Made by a program: the position numbers and the translations under genes. From Bordetella parapertussis (lineage in GTDB: Bacteria; Pseudomonadota; Gammaproteobacteria; Burkholderiales; SG8-41), in contig CAMATZ010000017.1 of the NCBI GenBank assembly GCA_945861275.1, forward strand, positions 9,753 through 73,752: DNA of 64,000 bases, given 5' to 3'. Below, in pieces: positions 44,587 to 55,367 of the stretch. The notes below the pieces were generated by a model. The model did not search any database, was not told the origin of the DNA, and saw only the letters and a list, made by a program, of their open reading frames with translations. Position 1 is the first letter of the stretch, and every line of letters begins with the position of its first letter.

Positions 44587-45585
44587 ATGATCGGAAAAGT
44601 CATAGGCGTTGCAATCATTGCTGCGGTGCTGGTGGCAGCGAATCTGGCCGCATACGCCATACCATTTTTTCTCATCGGCCTGGTGGTGGTGGCGGGCTGG
44701 GAATCGATGCGCCAGGTGCCGCAACAACAGGCGTGGGTGGTGGAGCGCCTGGGCAAATTTCACGAGGTGCTGGAGCCAGGCCTGAACTGGATCATGCCGT
44801 TTCTCGACAGGGTGGCGTACCGGCATTCGCTTAAGGAAACGCCGCTGGATGTGGCAGAACAGGTGTGTATCACCAAGGACAACACGCAACTTGGCGTGGA
44901 CGGCATCATCTATTATCAGGTGACCGACCCCAAACTGGCATCGTATGGATCCAGCAACTATATCGACGCGGTGACGCAGCTTGCGCAAACCACGCTGCGC
45001 TCTGAGATCGGCAAGATGGAGCTCGACAAGACCTTTGAAAGCCGCGATGAGGTCAATCGCCAGGTGGTTTCGGTGCTGGATGAAGCGGGCCGCACCTGGG
45101 GCGTGAAAGTGCTGCGTTACGAAATCAAAAACCTGACGCCGCCGGAAGCCATTTTGCGCTCAATGCAGGCGCAGATCACTGCCGAGCGTGAAAAGCGCGC
45201 GCTGATCGCTAAATCCGAAGGCCAGCGCCAGGAAGAGATCAATCTGGCCGAGGGCGTGAAGCAGGCCGCGGTACTCGAATCCGAGGGGCAAAAGATTGCC
45301 CAGGTCAACAAGGCGGAAGGCGAGGCCAAGGCGATTACCACGATAGCCGAGGCAACTGCGGGCGCGGTGCGCGCCGTGGCGTCAGCGATGAACGAGCCGG
45401 GCGGCATGAATGCGGCGAATCTGAAGATTGCGGAACACTACATCAATGCGTTTGGCAATCTTGCCAAGACCAATAACACCATGATCGTGCCGGGCAATGT
45501 CGCTGATGTGGCGACGATGATCGGCACCGCGATGAATACGCTGAATACGATTAAGACAGGATCGGGAGCGCCGGCGCAGAGATAG
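44587..45585 (+). CDS. SPFH/band-7 (stomatin/prohibitin-like, QmcA/YbbK-type) protein
   Basis: N-terminal TM, then SPFH core and coiled-coil tail. Paired with nfeD. Confidence 0.75.
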   Translation: MIGKVIGVAIIAAVLVAANLAAYAIPFFLIGLVVVAGWESMRQVPQQQAWVVERLGKFHEVLEPGLNWIMPFLDRVAYRHSLKETPLDVAEQVCITKDNTQLGVDGIIYYQVTDPKLASYGSSNYIDAVTQLAQTTLRSEIGKMELDKTFESRDEVNRQVVSVLDEAGRTWGVKVLRYEIKNLTPPEAILRSMQAQITAEREKRALIAKSEGQRQEEINLAEGVKQAAVLESEGQKIAQVNKAEGEAKAITTIAEATAGAVRAVASAMNEPGGMNAANLKIAEHYINAFGNLAKTNNTMIVPGNVADVATMIGTAMNTLNTIKTGSGAPAQR

Positions 45586-45604
45586 GCGTCTGATTCCTCC
45601 AACA

Positions 45605-45637
45605 AAAAACGCCGCTGGCAGCGGCGTTTTTTTGTGG
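45605..45637. terminator. bidirectional rho-independent terminator (AAAAAACGCCGCTGGCAGCGGCGTTTTTTT)
   Basis: Perfect hairpin flanked by an A-run and a T-run, between convergent genes. Confidence 0.6.
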
Positions 45638-45680
45638 TCGAATCAACCTCGCAACTTAGAGCGCATTCTGAAATGCGCTC

Positions 45681-46799
45681 TTAATCCCCGGCCGACGACA
45701 CCCAAACCCGCACCACACGTTGCCGGGTTGGCTGCTGTGTCTTCGCGGCTTCACCCGCGGCCGTGGGTTCTCTGGGAAGAACGATTTCGGCTTGCGGTTC
45801 GGCGGCTGGCGCAGCCGTTGTTGGTTCTGCGGTTACGGCGGGTGTTGCTGTCGCCGCCGGCTCTGACTGCACAGCAGGCGTGATAACTATTTCCGGCGCG
45901 GGCGTGGCAAGCATCGCCGGTGCTACGGCGGCTTCTTGCGCCGCGGCGCGCGCGGGGGTCCAGTCGTCGGCGCGTGCTGCATTGACAAAGGGCGTACCCA
46001 CCGGCGTGTCACTGCCGGCACTGCGCGGGACCGCGCTGCCGTCCGCGCGCGGTTTAATATTCAGTTCAGTACGCTCGTCTTTTTCGCGCGGTGGTGCGCC
46101 GTCGTGGACCAGATTACGGCGCCGCTGCAAGTAGGCGTCACGTAAAAACTCATAAGGATCGAGCGCCGCGGTTTCGAGTATCTTCGAGGTGTCCAGCAGA
46201 TCGGCGCGCTGGCTCAACGCGCGTGTGCCCCACAGGCTGTTGCGTAACCGCATCGAGCGCACGTAGGTGATGGGGTCGGTTTTGTAATCCACTATACGCG
46301 CCGCGGCGTCGCGCAGATTGCTGGGCCCCACCACGGGCAGCATCAGAAAAGGCCCATCGCCCACACCCCAGTAGCCGAGTGTCTGACCGAAATCCTCGTT
46401 GTGTTTTTCCATGCCAAAATGGGTGGCGACATCAAAGAAACCCGCGATGCCAACGGTGCTGTTGATCACCACCCGGCCGACATCGGAAATCGCGTCAATA
46501 AATTTGCCCTGCAACAAATTATTCAACGCGATTAACACATCGTTAATATTGCTGAATACGTTGGCGACACCGGTGCGCAAAAACTGCGGCAGCACCGCGC
46601 GATAACCCTCGGCCACCGGTCTGATCAACGCCGTATCCACAGCGTCATTAAAGCTGTAGACGGCGCGGTTCATGGGTTCGAGGGGATCACGCGGATTGGT
46701 GGTGGAGCAGCCGCCCAGCAACATAAGCGGCAACAACAGCCAAAGCAAAACGGTGTGCAGCGAGCGTGAGCGCGCGGGCGAGTGTGACACGGGAGACAT
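45681..46799 (-). CDS. mlaA: MlaA/VacJ family lipoprotein with a Pro/Ala/Thr-rich C-terminal tail
   Basis: Lipobox LLGGC. PMNRAVYSFNDAVD...PVAEGYR signature. Confidence 0.7.
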   Translation of the reverse strand: MSPVSHSPARSRSLHTVLLWLLLPLMLLGGCSTTNPRDPLEPMNRAVYSFNDAVDTALIRPVAEGYRAVLPQFLRTGVANVFSNINDVLIALNNLLQGKFIDAISDVGRVVINSTVGIAGFFDVATHFGMEKHNEDFGQTLGYWGVGDGPFLMLPVVGPSNLRDAAARIVDYKTDPITYVRSMRLRNSLWGTRALSQRADLLDTSKILETAALDPYEFLRDAYLQRRRNLVHDGAPPREKDERTELNIKPRADGSAVPRSAGSDTPVGTPFVNAARADDWTPARAAAQEAAVAPAMLATPAPEIVITPAVQSEPAATATPAVTAEPTTAAPAAEPQAEIVLPREPTAAGEAAKTQQPTRQRVVRVWVSSAGD

Positions 46800-47187
46800 T
46801 TGGTAAGACCTTGTTTTTCTTGGGTTTACTATAACTGGCGCGAGATCGGCATAGGGAAGATTATAACAAGCGAAACGCCACGCCGACAGTCATTAGGCCA
46901 GTTATGCGCCGCCTGACATCGCGATGTGTGTGTTTTTTCGCAAACGGTGCACCAGTCGGCTTCGGCAGTGCGTTTAAGCATAATTTTCGCTATAGGTGTA
47001 ATGTAAGTTATTGATACTTATATTCTTTTCAAGATTAACGCCATATTGATCCCGCGCCTTTGCTAGAATAGAGCGCTAAGCCAGCTGCGTGCTGCTGCAG
47101 GTGTGAAGCAGCGCCGCTTTGAGGTTACTTCTTGAGCTTTGCGCTACCCGGTTACTTTATTCCTTATTCCTTCTCGAGGCCTACATC

Positions 47188-48669
47188 ATGTTAGACAAAG
47201 TCAAATCTACCGTGCAGTTGAAAGACATGAGCCTGTTCCGCCAACAGTGCTACATCGATGGCGCGTGGGTGGATGCCGATGATAAATCGACGTTGACAGT
47301 TTATAACCCCGCGGACGGCTCGCTGGTGGGCACGGTGCCGAAACTGGGAGTGGCGGAAACGCGGCGCGCGATTGAAACCGCACACGAGGCGTTTAAACTG
47401 TGGCGCGCGAAAACCGCCAAGGAGCGTTCTGCGATTCTGCGTAAATGGTTCGATCTGATGATCGCCAACACCGAAGATCTCGCGATTTTGATGACGCTGG
47501 AGCAGGGCAAGCCGATCAGCGAATCGCGCGGCGAAATAGGCTATGGCGCATCGTTTATCGAATGGTTCGCCGAGGAAGCCAAGCGCGTTTATGGCGACGT
47601 GATTCCGGCGCAGGCGACCGACAAGCGCATTGTCGTCATCAAGCAGCCGATAGGCGTGTGCGCGGCGGTAACGCCGTGGAATTTCCCCAATGCGATGATC
47701 ACGCGCAAGGCCGGCCCCGCTTTGGCGGCGGGTTGCACGATGGTGATCAAGCCCGCATCGCAAACGCCGTTTTCCGCGCTGGCGTTGTGTGAACTGGCTG
47801 AGCGCGCAGGGATTCCGAAAGGCGTGATATCGGTCATTACCGGCGCGGCAGGCCCCATCGGAAAAGAACTCACCACGCATCCGCTGGTGCGCAAGTTCAC
47901 CTTCACCGGCTCCACTGAAATTGGCAAGCTGCTGATGGCGCAGTGCGCGAGCACGGTTAAAAAAGTCTCGCTCGAGCTCGGCGGCAACGCGCCGTTTATC
48001 GTGTTCGACGATGCGGACATCGATTCGGCGGTGGATGGCGCCATGGCCTCCAAGTTTCGCAACACCGGACAAACCTGTGTGTGCGCGAACCGCTTGCTCG
48101 TTCAGGATGGCGTTTACGACCAGTTCGCGGCCAAACTTGCCGCAAAAGTGGCGGCGATGCCGGTGGGCAACGGTCTCGAAATCGGCATGATGCAGGGGCC
48201 GTTGATCGATAAAAATGCGGTGCTGAAAGTCGAAGAACATATTGCCGACGCGCTGGCCAAGGGCGCGCGCGTGGTGACCGGTGGCAAGCGCCATGCTAAA
48301 GGCGGGCAGTTTTTTGAGCCGACGGTACTGGCCGATGTGCAGCCCAATATGAAAATAACCCACGAAGAAACCTTCGGTCCGGTGGCGCCGCTGTATCGCT
48401 TCAAGACCGAAGCAGAGTTACTGGAACTTGCGAACAACACCGAATACGGCCTGGCGGCGTATTTCTATAGCCGTGACATCGGACGTATCTGGCGCGTGGC
48501 GGAAGGACTGGAAGCGGGCATTGTAGGGATTAACGTCGGTATTATCTCAACCGAGGTTGCGCCCTTCGGCGGCGTCAAGGAATCCGGCATCGGACGTGAA
48601 GGTTCCAAGTATGGGATCGAGGAATTCCTCGAAGTGAAATACCTGTGCATGGGTGACGTGACAAAATAG
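47188..48669 (+). CDS. gabD: NAD(P)-dependent succinate-semialdehyde dehydrogenase (GabD-like aldehyde dehydrogenase)
   Basis: ~493 aa ALDH family with catalytic Cys region (GQTCVCANR), ELGGNAP and GabD-like N-terminus. Confidence 0.8.
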   Translation: MLDKVKSTVQLKDMSLFRQQCYIDGAWVDADDKSTLTVYNPADGSLVGTVPKLGVAETRRAIETAHEAFKLWRAKTAKERSAILRKWFDLMIANTEDLAILMTLEQGKPISESRGEIGYGASFIEWFAEEAKRVYGDVIPAQATDKRIVVIKQPIGVCAAVTPWNFPNAMITRKAGPALAAGCTMVIKPASQTPFSALALCELAERAGIPKGVISVITGAAGPIGKELTTHPLVRKFTFTGSTEIGKLLMAQCASTVKKVSLELGGNAPFIVFDDADIDSAVDGAMASKFRNTGQTCVCANRLLVQDGVYDQFAAKLAAKVAAMPVGNGLEIGMMQGPLIDKNAVLKVEEHIADALAKGARVVTGGKRHAKGGQFFEPTVLADVQPNMKITHEETFGPVAPLYRFKTEAELLELANNTEYGLAAYFYSRDIGRIWRVAEGLEAGIVGINVGIISTEVAPFGGVKESGIGREGSKYGIEEFLEVKYLCMGDVTK

Positions 48670-48753
48670 ATCCGAATCAAATATCACACAAAACAAACGG
48701 TTAAGTGCATTCCCCGCGACAGTTTCGCGGGGAATTTTTTCTCTGGGAAAACC

Positions 48754-49410
48754 ATGAACTCCGCGCCTAAAATATATCTGGTTCACGCCTCTGTAGTTTC
48801 GATAGCGCCTATCGCCGCGAGTTTTCGCTCGGCATGGCCCGAGGCCAGGCTCGCGAATCTGCTGGAAGACTCGTTTATGCCCGACCTCGCGACTGATGGC
48901 AAACTCACCGATGCCATGATCGACCGCTTTGTGCATATCGGCCAGTACTGCGTGAGGGCCGGCGCCGACGCGATTCTGTTCGGATGCTCGGCGTTTGGTC
49001 CGGCGATTGAAGAATGCCGCCGTCAGTTGAAGATCCCGGTGTTGAAACCGAACGAGGCGATGTACGAGCAGCTCGTCGCCAAAGATTGCAGCGTGAGCCT
49101 GCTGGCGACTTTTCCGCCGTCGATTCCGTCGATGGTGACGGAGATCAAAGAGACTGCCAAAGCCGCAGGCACCAAAATCAAGCTCGACACGCATCTGGTC
49201 GACGGCGCGCTCGCGGCGCTGCAAAGTAACAACGCTGACGAGCACAACCGGCTGATTGTTGAATTTGCCGCGAAACAACAATGTGACGTGATCGCGTTCG
49301 CGCAGTTTTCGATGGCGCCGGCGCTGAAGGCTGCTGCCGCGCGCACCAGCACGCCGATACTGACCACACCGGATAGCGCAGTGGCCAAGTTGAAGCTGAT
49401 GCTGGCTTAG
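48754..49410 (+). CDS. Asp/Glu/hydantoin racemase family protein (arylmalonate decarboxylase-like)
   Basis: 218 aa. Paired Cys-containing motifs (GCSAFG). Confidence 0.55.
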   Translation: MNSAPKIYLVHASVVSIAPIAASFRSAWPEARLANLLEDSFMPDLATDGKLTDAMIDRFVHIGQYCVRAGADAILFGCSAFGPAIEECRRQLKIPVLKPNEAMYEQLVAKDCSVSLLATFPPSIPSMVTEIKETAKAAGTKIKLDTHLVDGALAALQSNNADEHNRLIVEFAAKQQCDVIAFAQFSMAPALKAAAARTSTPILTTPDSAVAKLKLMLA

Positions 49411-49416
49411 ACCAAA

Positions 49417-50268
49417 TTGGCTTATTCGAGGCACACTGTGGCGATGCGTTTTCTGGCGCTGCTGATACTTGTTGGTGGCATGACTTCAGCCGCTGCTCAA
49501 TCCATCGAGGCGCAGCTTGACCAAGCGCTGGCAGGCGCACATCGCAGTGAGGCGAATCGCGCACGCGACCAGTACCGTCATCCGCGAGAGACACTGTTGT
49601 TCTTCGGCCTCAAGCCGGAAATGGCAGTGCTGGAAATCTGGCCCGCAAGCGGCTGGTATTCGGAAATCCTCGCGCCAGTGCTGCGCGACAAAGGCAAGCT
49701 GTATCTTGCGGGTAATGCGATTGAGAATCCCCGGCTTCCCAACTGGCAGCGCGAGGCACGGGAAAAGCAGGAGGCCGCTTACGCAAAGCGCCCGGAACTT
49801 TACGGCAAACCGGTGTTTACCTCTCTTGGCCCGCCGGATTATGTGGCGATCGCGCCGCCGGGCAGCATGGATATGGTGCTGACGTTTCGCAACGTGCATA
49901 ACTGGAGCCTTCAAAAAACCGATGCGCAGGTGTTCAAGGCATTTTTTGACGCGTTAAAACCCGGCGGCACGCTCGGCGTGGTGGAGCATCGCGCGCATCC
50001 GGGCACCTCGTTCGCGCAACAGGTTAAATCGGGCTACATGAGCGAAGCGTATGTGATCGAGCTCGCGGAAAAAGCCGGTTTCAAATTGATGGCGAAGTCG
50101 GAAGTGAACGCGAATCCCAAAGACACCAAAGATCATCCCAACGGGGTGTGGACGCTGCCGCCGCTGTCGCGCGGACGGCTCGATCCGGAGAAGTATCTGG
50201 CTATCGGCGAAAGTGATCGCATGACGCTAAAATTCGAGAAGCTGGCCCCTGTGAAGGCCAGCAATTAA
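49417..50268 (+). CDS. secreted class I SAM-dependent methyltransferase
   Basis: Signal peptide. Methyltransferase fold motifs (VLEIWPASGWYS...GTLGVVEH). An alternative start exists at 49444. Confidence 0.5.
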   Translation: MAYSRHTVAMRFLALLILVGGMTSAAAQSIEAQLDQALAGAHRSEANRARDQYRHPRETLLFFGLKPEMAVLEIWPASGWYSEILAPVLRDKGKLYLAGNAIENPRLPNWQREAREKQEAAYAKRPELYGKPVFTSLGPPDYVAIAPPGSMDMVLTFRNVHNWSLQKTDAQVFKAFFDALKPGGTLGVVEHRAHPGTSFAQQVKSGYMSEAYVIELAEKAGFKLMAKSEVNANPKDTKDHPNGVWTLPPLSRGRLDPEKYLAIGESDRMTLKFEKLAPVKASN

Positions 50269-50270
50269 TA

Positions 50271-51161
50271 GTGTTTAAAAACATATACTTACGTATTATT
50301 GTCATACTGCTTCTGATGACGGGTGGCGCATTTGCTGCTGTCCCCGAGACAGTAAAATTCGCCAGCCGCGATAGTAAAACCGAACTCATCGGTTATCTGT
50401 TCAAACCCGCCACAGCGGGGCCGCACGCGGCGGTCGTCATGCTGCACGGGCGCGCGGGGCCGTATTCGTCGCTCAAACCTGGTGTGATGGATGCACGCAA
50501 CCTCACCGCGCGTCATCGCATGTGGGGCGAGTTCTGGGCCGAGCGCGGTTATGTTGCGCTGCATGTCGATAGTTTCGGGCCGCGCGGTTATGCGCAGGGT
50601 TTCCCCAAAGGTTCTTACAAGCGGCGTCCCACTGAGGTAGATGAGCAGACCATCCGCCCGCTGGATGCCTACGGCGCGCTGGATTATTTGCGCAGTCGTA
50701 ACGATGTGGTTGCGGATCGTGTTGGCGTGCAGGGCTGGTCGAACGGCGGCATGACATTGTTGGCGGCGATGGGGAAAAATTCACCGCGTGCAGCACCCGA
50801 AACGGCGGATCGCGCGCGGCTTGCCCAGCCGACGCCGGCCAGTGATTTTCGCGCGGCTATCGCGCAGTACCCCGGTTGCACCGTGCAGCGTAACCAGGGC
50901 GACTACCAGCCCTATGCGCCGCTGCTGTTGCTGGTGGCTTCCGACGACGATGAAGTTTCGCCCAAGGTGTGTGCCGCATTGGCCGCGCAACTGAAACAAC
51001 GCGGCGCTGCTGTTGATTTCGTGGTGTATGAGGGTGCGCACCATTCCTATGATGATCCCGGCAGAACCAAACAAAGCCACGCCCCCAACAAAGCCGCGAT
51101 GCAAGATACGCTGCTGCGCTCGGAAGCGTTCTTCCGGCAACATTTGCAGACCCGGAATTGA
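50271..51161 (+). CDS. secreted dienelactone hydrolase family alpha/beta hydrolase
   Basis: Signal peptide. AVVMLHGRAGP, GWSNGG nucleophile elbow, DDD/H region. Confidence 0.6.
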   Translation: MFKNIYLRIIVILLLMTGGAFAAVPETVKFASRDSKTELIGYLFKPATAGPHAAVVMLHGRAGPYSSLKPGVMDARNLTARHRMWGEFWAERGYVALHVDSFGPRGYAQGFPKGSYKRRPTEVDEQTIRPLDAYGALDYLRSRNDVVADRVGVQGWSNGGMTLLAAMGKNSPRAAPETADRARLAQPTPASDFRAAIAQYPGCTVQRNQGDYQPYAPLLLLVASDDDEVSPKVCAALAAQLKQRGAAVDFVVYEGAHHSYDDPGRTKQSHAPNKAAMQDTLLRSEAFFRQHLQTRN

Positions 51162-51189
51162 AGGTCTTGTGTTAGCCGTTCAAGGCAAA

Positions 51190-52866
51190 ATGTTTCATAA
51201 AAACAAATATTTAGTGTTTTTATGCGCATGGCTGTGGCTGGCGCCGCTCAGCGCCGCGCAAGCGCAGCAGACGGCGGCAATAGCTTCCGCGCATCCGCTG
51301 GCAACCGCAGCGGGTGATGAAATTCTTAAACGCGGTGGCAACGCCTTTGATGCGGCGGTAGCGGTAGCTGCGGCGCTGGCGGTGGTGGAGCCGTATGCGT
51401 CGGGATTGGGCGGCGGCGGATTTTTTCTGTTGCATCGTGCGTCGGATGGCAAGCAAGTGATGATCGACGCGCGCGAGGCAGCCCCGGCAGGGGTGAAGCG
51501 TGAGCACTATCTCGACGCAGCCGGCAACGCGGTGCGTGGCGCGACCCTGCAGGGCGGCACAGCATCCGGGATACCCGGCACACCGGCGGGGTTGGTGCAT
51601 CTGGCGCAGCGCTACGGCACGTTGCCGCTGGCGGACACGCTGGCGCCTGCGATACGTCTGGCGCGCGACGGCTTTGCCGTGGATGGCCGTTATGTGCGCA
51701 TCGCAAAAATTCGTGAAGCGGTGTTGCGCAAACTGCCGGACGCCGCGCGCATTTTTTTGGCCGATGGGCAGGCGCTGACAACGGGTTATGTATTGAAGCA
51801 GGCAGAACTCGCGCATACGCTGTCGCTGCTGGCTAGCGAGGGTGTGCCGGGATTTTATGCCGGGCCGGTGGCGCGCGCGCTGGTGGATAGTGTAAATGGC
51901 GCGGGTGGCGCGTGGCAGTTGTCGGACCTTCAGCGCTATCGCGTTGTCGAGCGCGAGCCGATGCGTGTTGCGTATCGCGGCGCGATCATCACCACGGCGT
52001 CGCTGCCCTCCGCGGGCGGCATTGCGCTGATACAGGCCTTCGGCATGTTGGAACACCTCAAACTCACGGGCGTGTCCGACGCCGAATCCGCGCACACGGT
52101 GGCGGAAGTGCTGCGCCGCGTGTTTCGTGATCGCATGCAATTGGGCGACCCCGATCAGGTCCCGGTTCCGGTAGCGGCTCTTATCGATAAAAATTATATC
52201 AAACAGATAGCGACATCCATTTCATCGAAGGTGGCTACCGCCAGTGACAAGCTCGGCGCGCCGTTGGCCGAAAAAGCCGAGAGCTACAACACCACGCATT
52301 TTTCGGTGATCGACAGCGCGGGTAATCGTGTCGCTGCCACGCTCACAGTTAACTTGATTTTTGGTTCGGGGCTGGTTGCCAAAGGGACCGGCGTGCTGCT
52401 GAATAATGAGATGGATGATTTTACGCTGCGGCCCGATCTGCCGAACAGTTACCGCTTGCGCGGCAGCGCAGCCAACGCGATCGCGCCAGACAAGCGGCCG
52501 CTGTCGAGCATGACGCCGACCTTTGTGGAAGATGAGCGCGGCGTGCTGATACTGGGTGCGCCGGGCGGCTCGCGCATTATCAGCATGGTGCTGCTGGGTG
52601 TGCTTGAACATATGCGCACGCCGGAGGTTAATTTGCAACGCATGGTGACCATGCCGCGCTACCACCATCAATACTGGCCCGATCGCATCGAAGTCGAACC
52701 CGAAGGTTTCAGTGCCGAGTGGCACGTCGCGCTGCAAGGCAAGGGCCACCGCATCCAACCGGTCAACCGCAAGTGGGGCAATATGCAGGCGGTGTTCAAG
52801 TCGGCGAAGACCGGTGTTGCGCAGGCGGCGAGTGATCCGCGAGGAAGTGATGTGGGGTGGCAGTGA
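51190..52866 (+). CDS. ggt: gamma-glutamyltransferase
   Basis: Signal peptide. PYASGLGGGGF, autoprocessing Thr region (TTHFSVID), GAPGGSRII. Confidence 0.8.
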   Translation: MFHKNKYLVFLCAWLWLAPLSAAQAQQTAAIASAHPLATAAGDEILKRGGNAFDAAVAVAAALAVVEPYASGLGGGGFFLLHRASDGKQVMIDAREAAPAGVKREHYLDAAGNAVRGATLQGGTASGIPGTPAGLVHLAQRYGTLPLADTLAPAIRLARDGFAVDGRYVRIAKIREAVLRKLPDAARIFLADGQALTTGYVLKQAELAHTLSLLASEGVPGFYAGPVARALVDSVNGAGGAWQLSDLQRYRVVEREPMRVAYRGAIITTASLPSAGGIALIQAFGMLEHLKLTGVSDAESAHTVAEVLRRVFRDRMQLGDPDQVPVPVAALIDKNYIKQIATSISSKVATASDKLGAPLAEKAESYNTTHFSVIDSAGNRVAATLTVNLIFGSGLVAKGTGVLLNNEMDDFTLRPDLPNSYRLRGSAANAIAPDKRPLSSMTPTFVEDERGVLILGAPGGSRIISMVLLGVLEHMRTPEVNLQRMVTMPRYHHQYWPDRIEVEPEGFSAEWHVALQGKGHRIQPVNRKWGNMQAVFKSAKTGVAQAASDPRGSDVGWQ

Positions 52867-52870
52867 GGGC

Positions 52871-52987
52871 GTGAAGGGTGAAGAGTGAAGAGTGAAGAGT
52901 GAAGAGTGAAGAGTGAAGAGTGAAGAGTGAAGGGTGAAGGGGGCAAAGTGAGGGGTACCGCTTCACTCTTCACCCTTCCCTCTTCAC
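52871..52987. repeat. tandem heptamer repeat (GTGAAGR x10, then two degenerate copies) followed by about four inverted copies (CTTCACY), forming an imperfect hairpin
   Basis: Read directly: 52871-52940 direct copies, 52961-52987 inverted copies. Lies between the ggt stop and the accA start. Confidence 0.8.
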
Positions 52988-53003
52988 GAGGTATTATCAA
53001 GCC

Positions 53004-53972
53004 ATGAAACAAACCTTCCTCGATTTCGAAAAACCTGTCGAAGAACTTGAAACCCGCATCGAAGAACTGCGTTTTGCGCAGGACGATTCGGCGGTGGAAC
53101 TTTCCGATGAAATCGGAAAACTCAGCAGGAAAAGTCAGCGGCTGACCAAGGACATTTACGCCAAGCTCACGGCGTGGCAAATCTCGCAGGTGGCGCGGCA
53201 TCCGCAGCGGCCCTATACGCTCGATTACATCAACAGCCTGTTCACGGGATTTGAGGAATTACACGGCGATCGGGCCATGGGCGATGATCCGGCGATTGTC
53301 GGCGGCATGGCGCGGTTCAACCAGCAAAACGTGGTGGTGATCGGTCATCAGAAAGGGCGCGACACCAAAGAACGCACGCTGCGCAATTTCGGCATGCCCA
53401 AGCCCGAAGGTTATCGCAAGGCGCTGCGGCTGATGAAGCTGGCCGAAAAATTCAGTCTGCCGCTATTTACGTTTATTGATACGCCCGGGGCTTACCCGGG
53501 GGTGGACGCCGAGGAGCGCGGGCAGTCGGAAGCCATCGGCCGTAATCTGTTTGTGATGTCGGAATTGCGCACACCGATCATCTGCACGGTGATCGGTGAA
53601 GGCGGCTCCGGCGGTGCGCTGGCGATTGCAGTGGGTGATGTGACACTGATGCTGCAGTATTCGACGTACTCGGTGATCTCCCCGGAGGGGTGCGCGGCGA
53701 TTCTGTGGAAGAGCGCCGACAGGGCAGCGGAAGCGGCCGAGACGCTGGGCATTACCGCGACCCGTTTGAAAGCGCTGGGACTCATCGACAGGATTGTCGC
53801 TGAGCCGCTGGGTGGTGCGCATCGCGATCCCGATGCGATGATGCAGCTCATGAAAAAAGCGCTGGCCGATACCTGGCATACGCTGCGCGACAAATCCATC
53901 GACGAAGTGCTCGCCGCGCGTTTTGCAAAGCTGATGGCTTATGGCAAGTATAAGGACGCCGAAAGCAAATAA
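53004..53972 (+). CDS. accA: acetyl-CoA carboxylase carboxyltransferase subunit alpha
   Basis: [16 protein letters not shown]... is a canonical AccA N-terminus. 322 aa. Confidence 0.85.
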   Translation: MKQTFLDFEKPVEELETRIEELRFAQDDSAVELSDEIGKLSRKSQRLTKDIYAKLTAWQISQVARHPQRPYTLDYINSLFTGFEELHGDRAMGDDPAIVGGMARFNQQNVVVIGHQKGRDTKERTLRNFGMPKPEGYRKALRLMKLAEKFSLPLFTFIDTPGAYPGVDAEERGQSEAIGRNLFVMSELRTPIICTVIGEGGSGGALAIAVGDVTLMLQYSTYSVISPEGCAAILWKSADRAAEAAETLGITATRLKALGLIDRIVAEPLGGAHRDPDAMMQLMKKALADTWHTLRDKSIDEVLAARFAKLMAYGKYKDAESK

Positions 53973-53999
53973 TCCTATGGATGGTAGAGGCGTGCCGCA

Positions 54000-55367
54000 G
54001 TGAAATCCGCGCCGGCAGCTGACTGTCTCACCGGGTGTGTGGAACGCACGCTCGTGGCGCATGTGGCGCCCGGGGCAAGCCTGTGCGTGGGCTTAAGCGG
54101 TGGTGTGGATTCCGTTGTGTTACTGACCCTGTTACACACGCTCGCGCCGCGCCATGATTGGCGGCTGTCGGCGATTCATGTCAACCACCAGCTGAGTCCG
54201 CATGCGGCTGAGTGGGCGCGTTTTTGCCGGCGCCTGTGCCGCGAGCGCGGCGTGCCACTGCGCGTGGTCAAGGTGCAGGTGGCGCGCGGCGATAGCGTCG
54301 AGGCGGCGGCACGTGCAGCGCGTTACGCGGCGTATCGCGCGCAACCTGCTGCACACGTGGTGCTGGCACAGCATCAGGATGATCAGGCGGAAACGGTACT
54401 GCTGCGATTGCTGCGTGGCGCGGGGGTCAAGGGTCTTGCGGCGATGCCGGTGGCACGCGCGGACGCGCTGCGCCCGGGTCTGTGTCTGCTGCGCCCTTTG
54501 CTCGAATTTACACGCGCTGAAATCGAGCAGTATGCCGCCGCGCGCAATGTGGCGTGGATCGAAGACGAAAGTAATGGCGACCCTTATTATCTGCGCAATT
54601 TTTTGCGCATCGAGATCCTGCCGCGTCTCGAAAAACGCGCACCGGACTATCGTAAAACGTGGTCGCGAACGGCGGGTCACATGGCTGAAGCGGCGCGGTT
54701 GCTGGATGCGCTGGCGCAAATCGATGGCGCCGGCGCGCTGGCCGGCGGCACGCTGGCGGTGGCGGCCCTGCGTCGATTGCCAGCGGCGCGCGCGCGCAAC
54801 CTGCTGCGTTATTTTCTCGCCCAGCAACACATGACAATGCCCGACGCGCGGCGGCTCGACGAAGCGTTGCGGCAGGCGCTTACGGCGAAAATCGATGCGC
54901 GTGTATGCATCGACCTGGGCACGCATAGCCTGCGGCGCTTCGCCGGTGCGCTGCAGGTGGCGATAGCGCAGCCGCGGCAGTTGTCCGGCGCAAAAGCGTT
55001 TTCGTGGCGCTGGCGCGAAGAACGCCGACTGGTGATTCCCGAATTGCACGGCGCGCTGGACATGCGCCGCCGGCGCGGTGTGGGCATCGATCTTGAAAAA
55101 CTGCTGGCAAAGCCGGTCACCGTGCGGCTGCGGCGCGGTGGCGAAAAGTTGCAGCCGGATGCTGCGCGTCCGCGCCGGCAGGTGAAAGATCTGTTTCAGG
55201 AGCACAGCGTGCCGCCGTGGCGGCGCGAGCGTTTGCCTTATTTGTGGTCGGGCGAACGGCTGGTGTGGGTGGCGGGTTTGGGCATCGATTGCGCGTTTAA
55301 GGCGCGCGCAGGTACTGCCGGCGTGATGCCGCACTGGGTGGAGTACACGTTGGGTGAAACGCCATGA
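54000..55367 (+). CDS. tilS: tRNA(Ile)-lysidine synthetase
   Basis: PP-loop SGGVDS. TilS domain order. GTG start. Stop overlaps the next gene start (ATGA). Confidence 0.75.
   Translation: MKSAPAADCLTGCVERTLVAHVAPGASLCVGLSGGVDSVVLLTLLHTLAPRHDWRLSAIHVNHQLSPHAAEWARFCRRLCRERGVPLRVVKVQVARGDSVEAAARAARYAAYRAQPAAHVVLAQHQDDQAETVLLRLLRGAGVKGLAAMPVARADALRPGLCLLRPLLEFTRAEIEQYAAARNVAWIEDESNGDPYYLRNFLRIEILPRLEKRAPDYRKTWSRTAGHMAEAARLLDALAQIDGAGALAGGTLAVAALRRLPAARARNLLRYFLAQQHMTMPDARRLDEALRQALTAKIDARVCIDLGTHSLRRFAGALQVAIAQPRQLSGAKAFSWRWREERRLVIPELHGALDMRRRRGVGIDLEKLLAKPVTVRLRRGGEKLQPDAARPRRQVKDLFQEHSVPPWRRERLPYLWSGERLVWVAGLGIDCAFKARAGTAGVMPHWVEYTLGETP

Noticed and set aside
52871-52987. Possible CRISPR array
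   Set aside because: Heptamer units have no spacers. Repeats are directly contiguous and far shorter than CRISPR repeats. No cas genes nearby.
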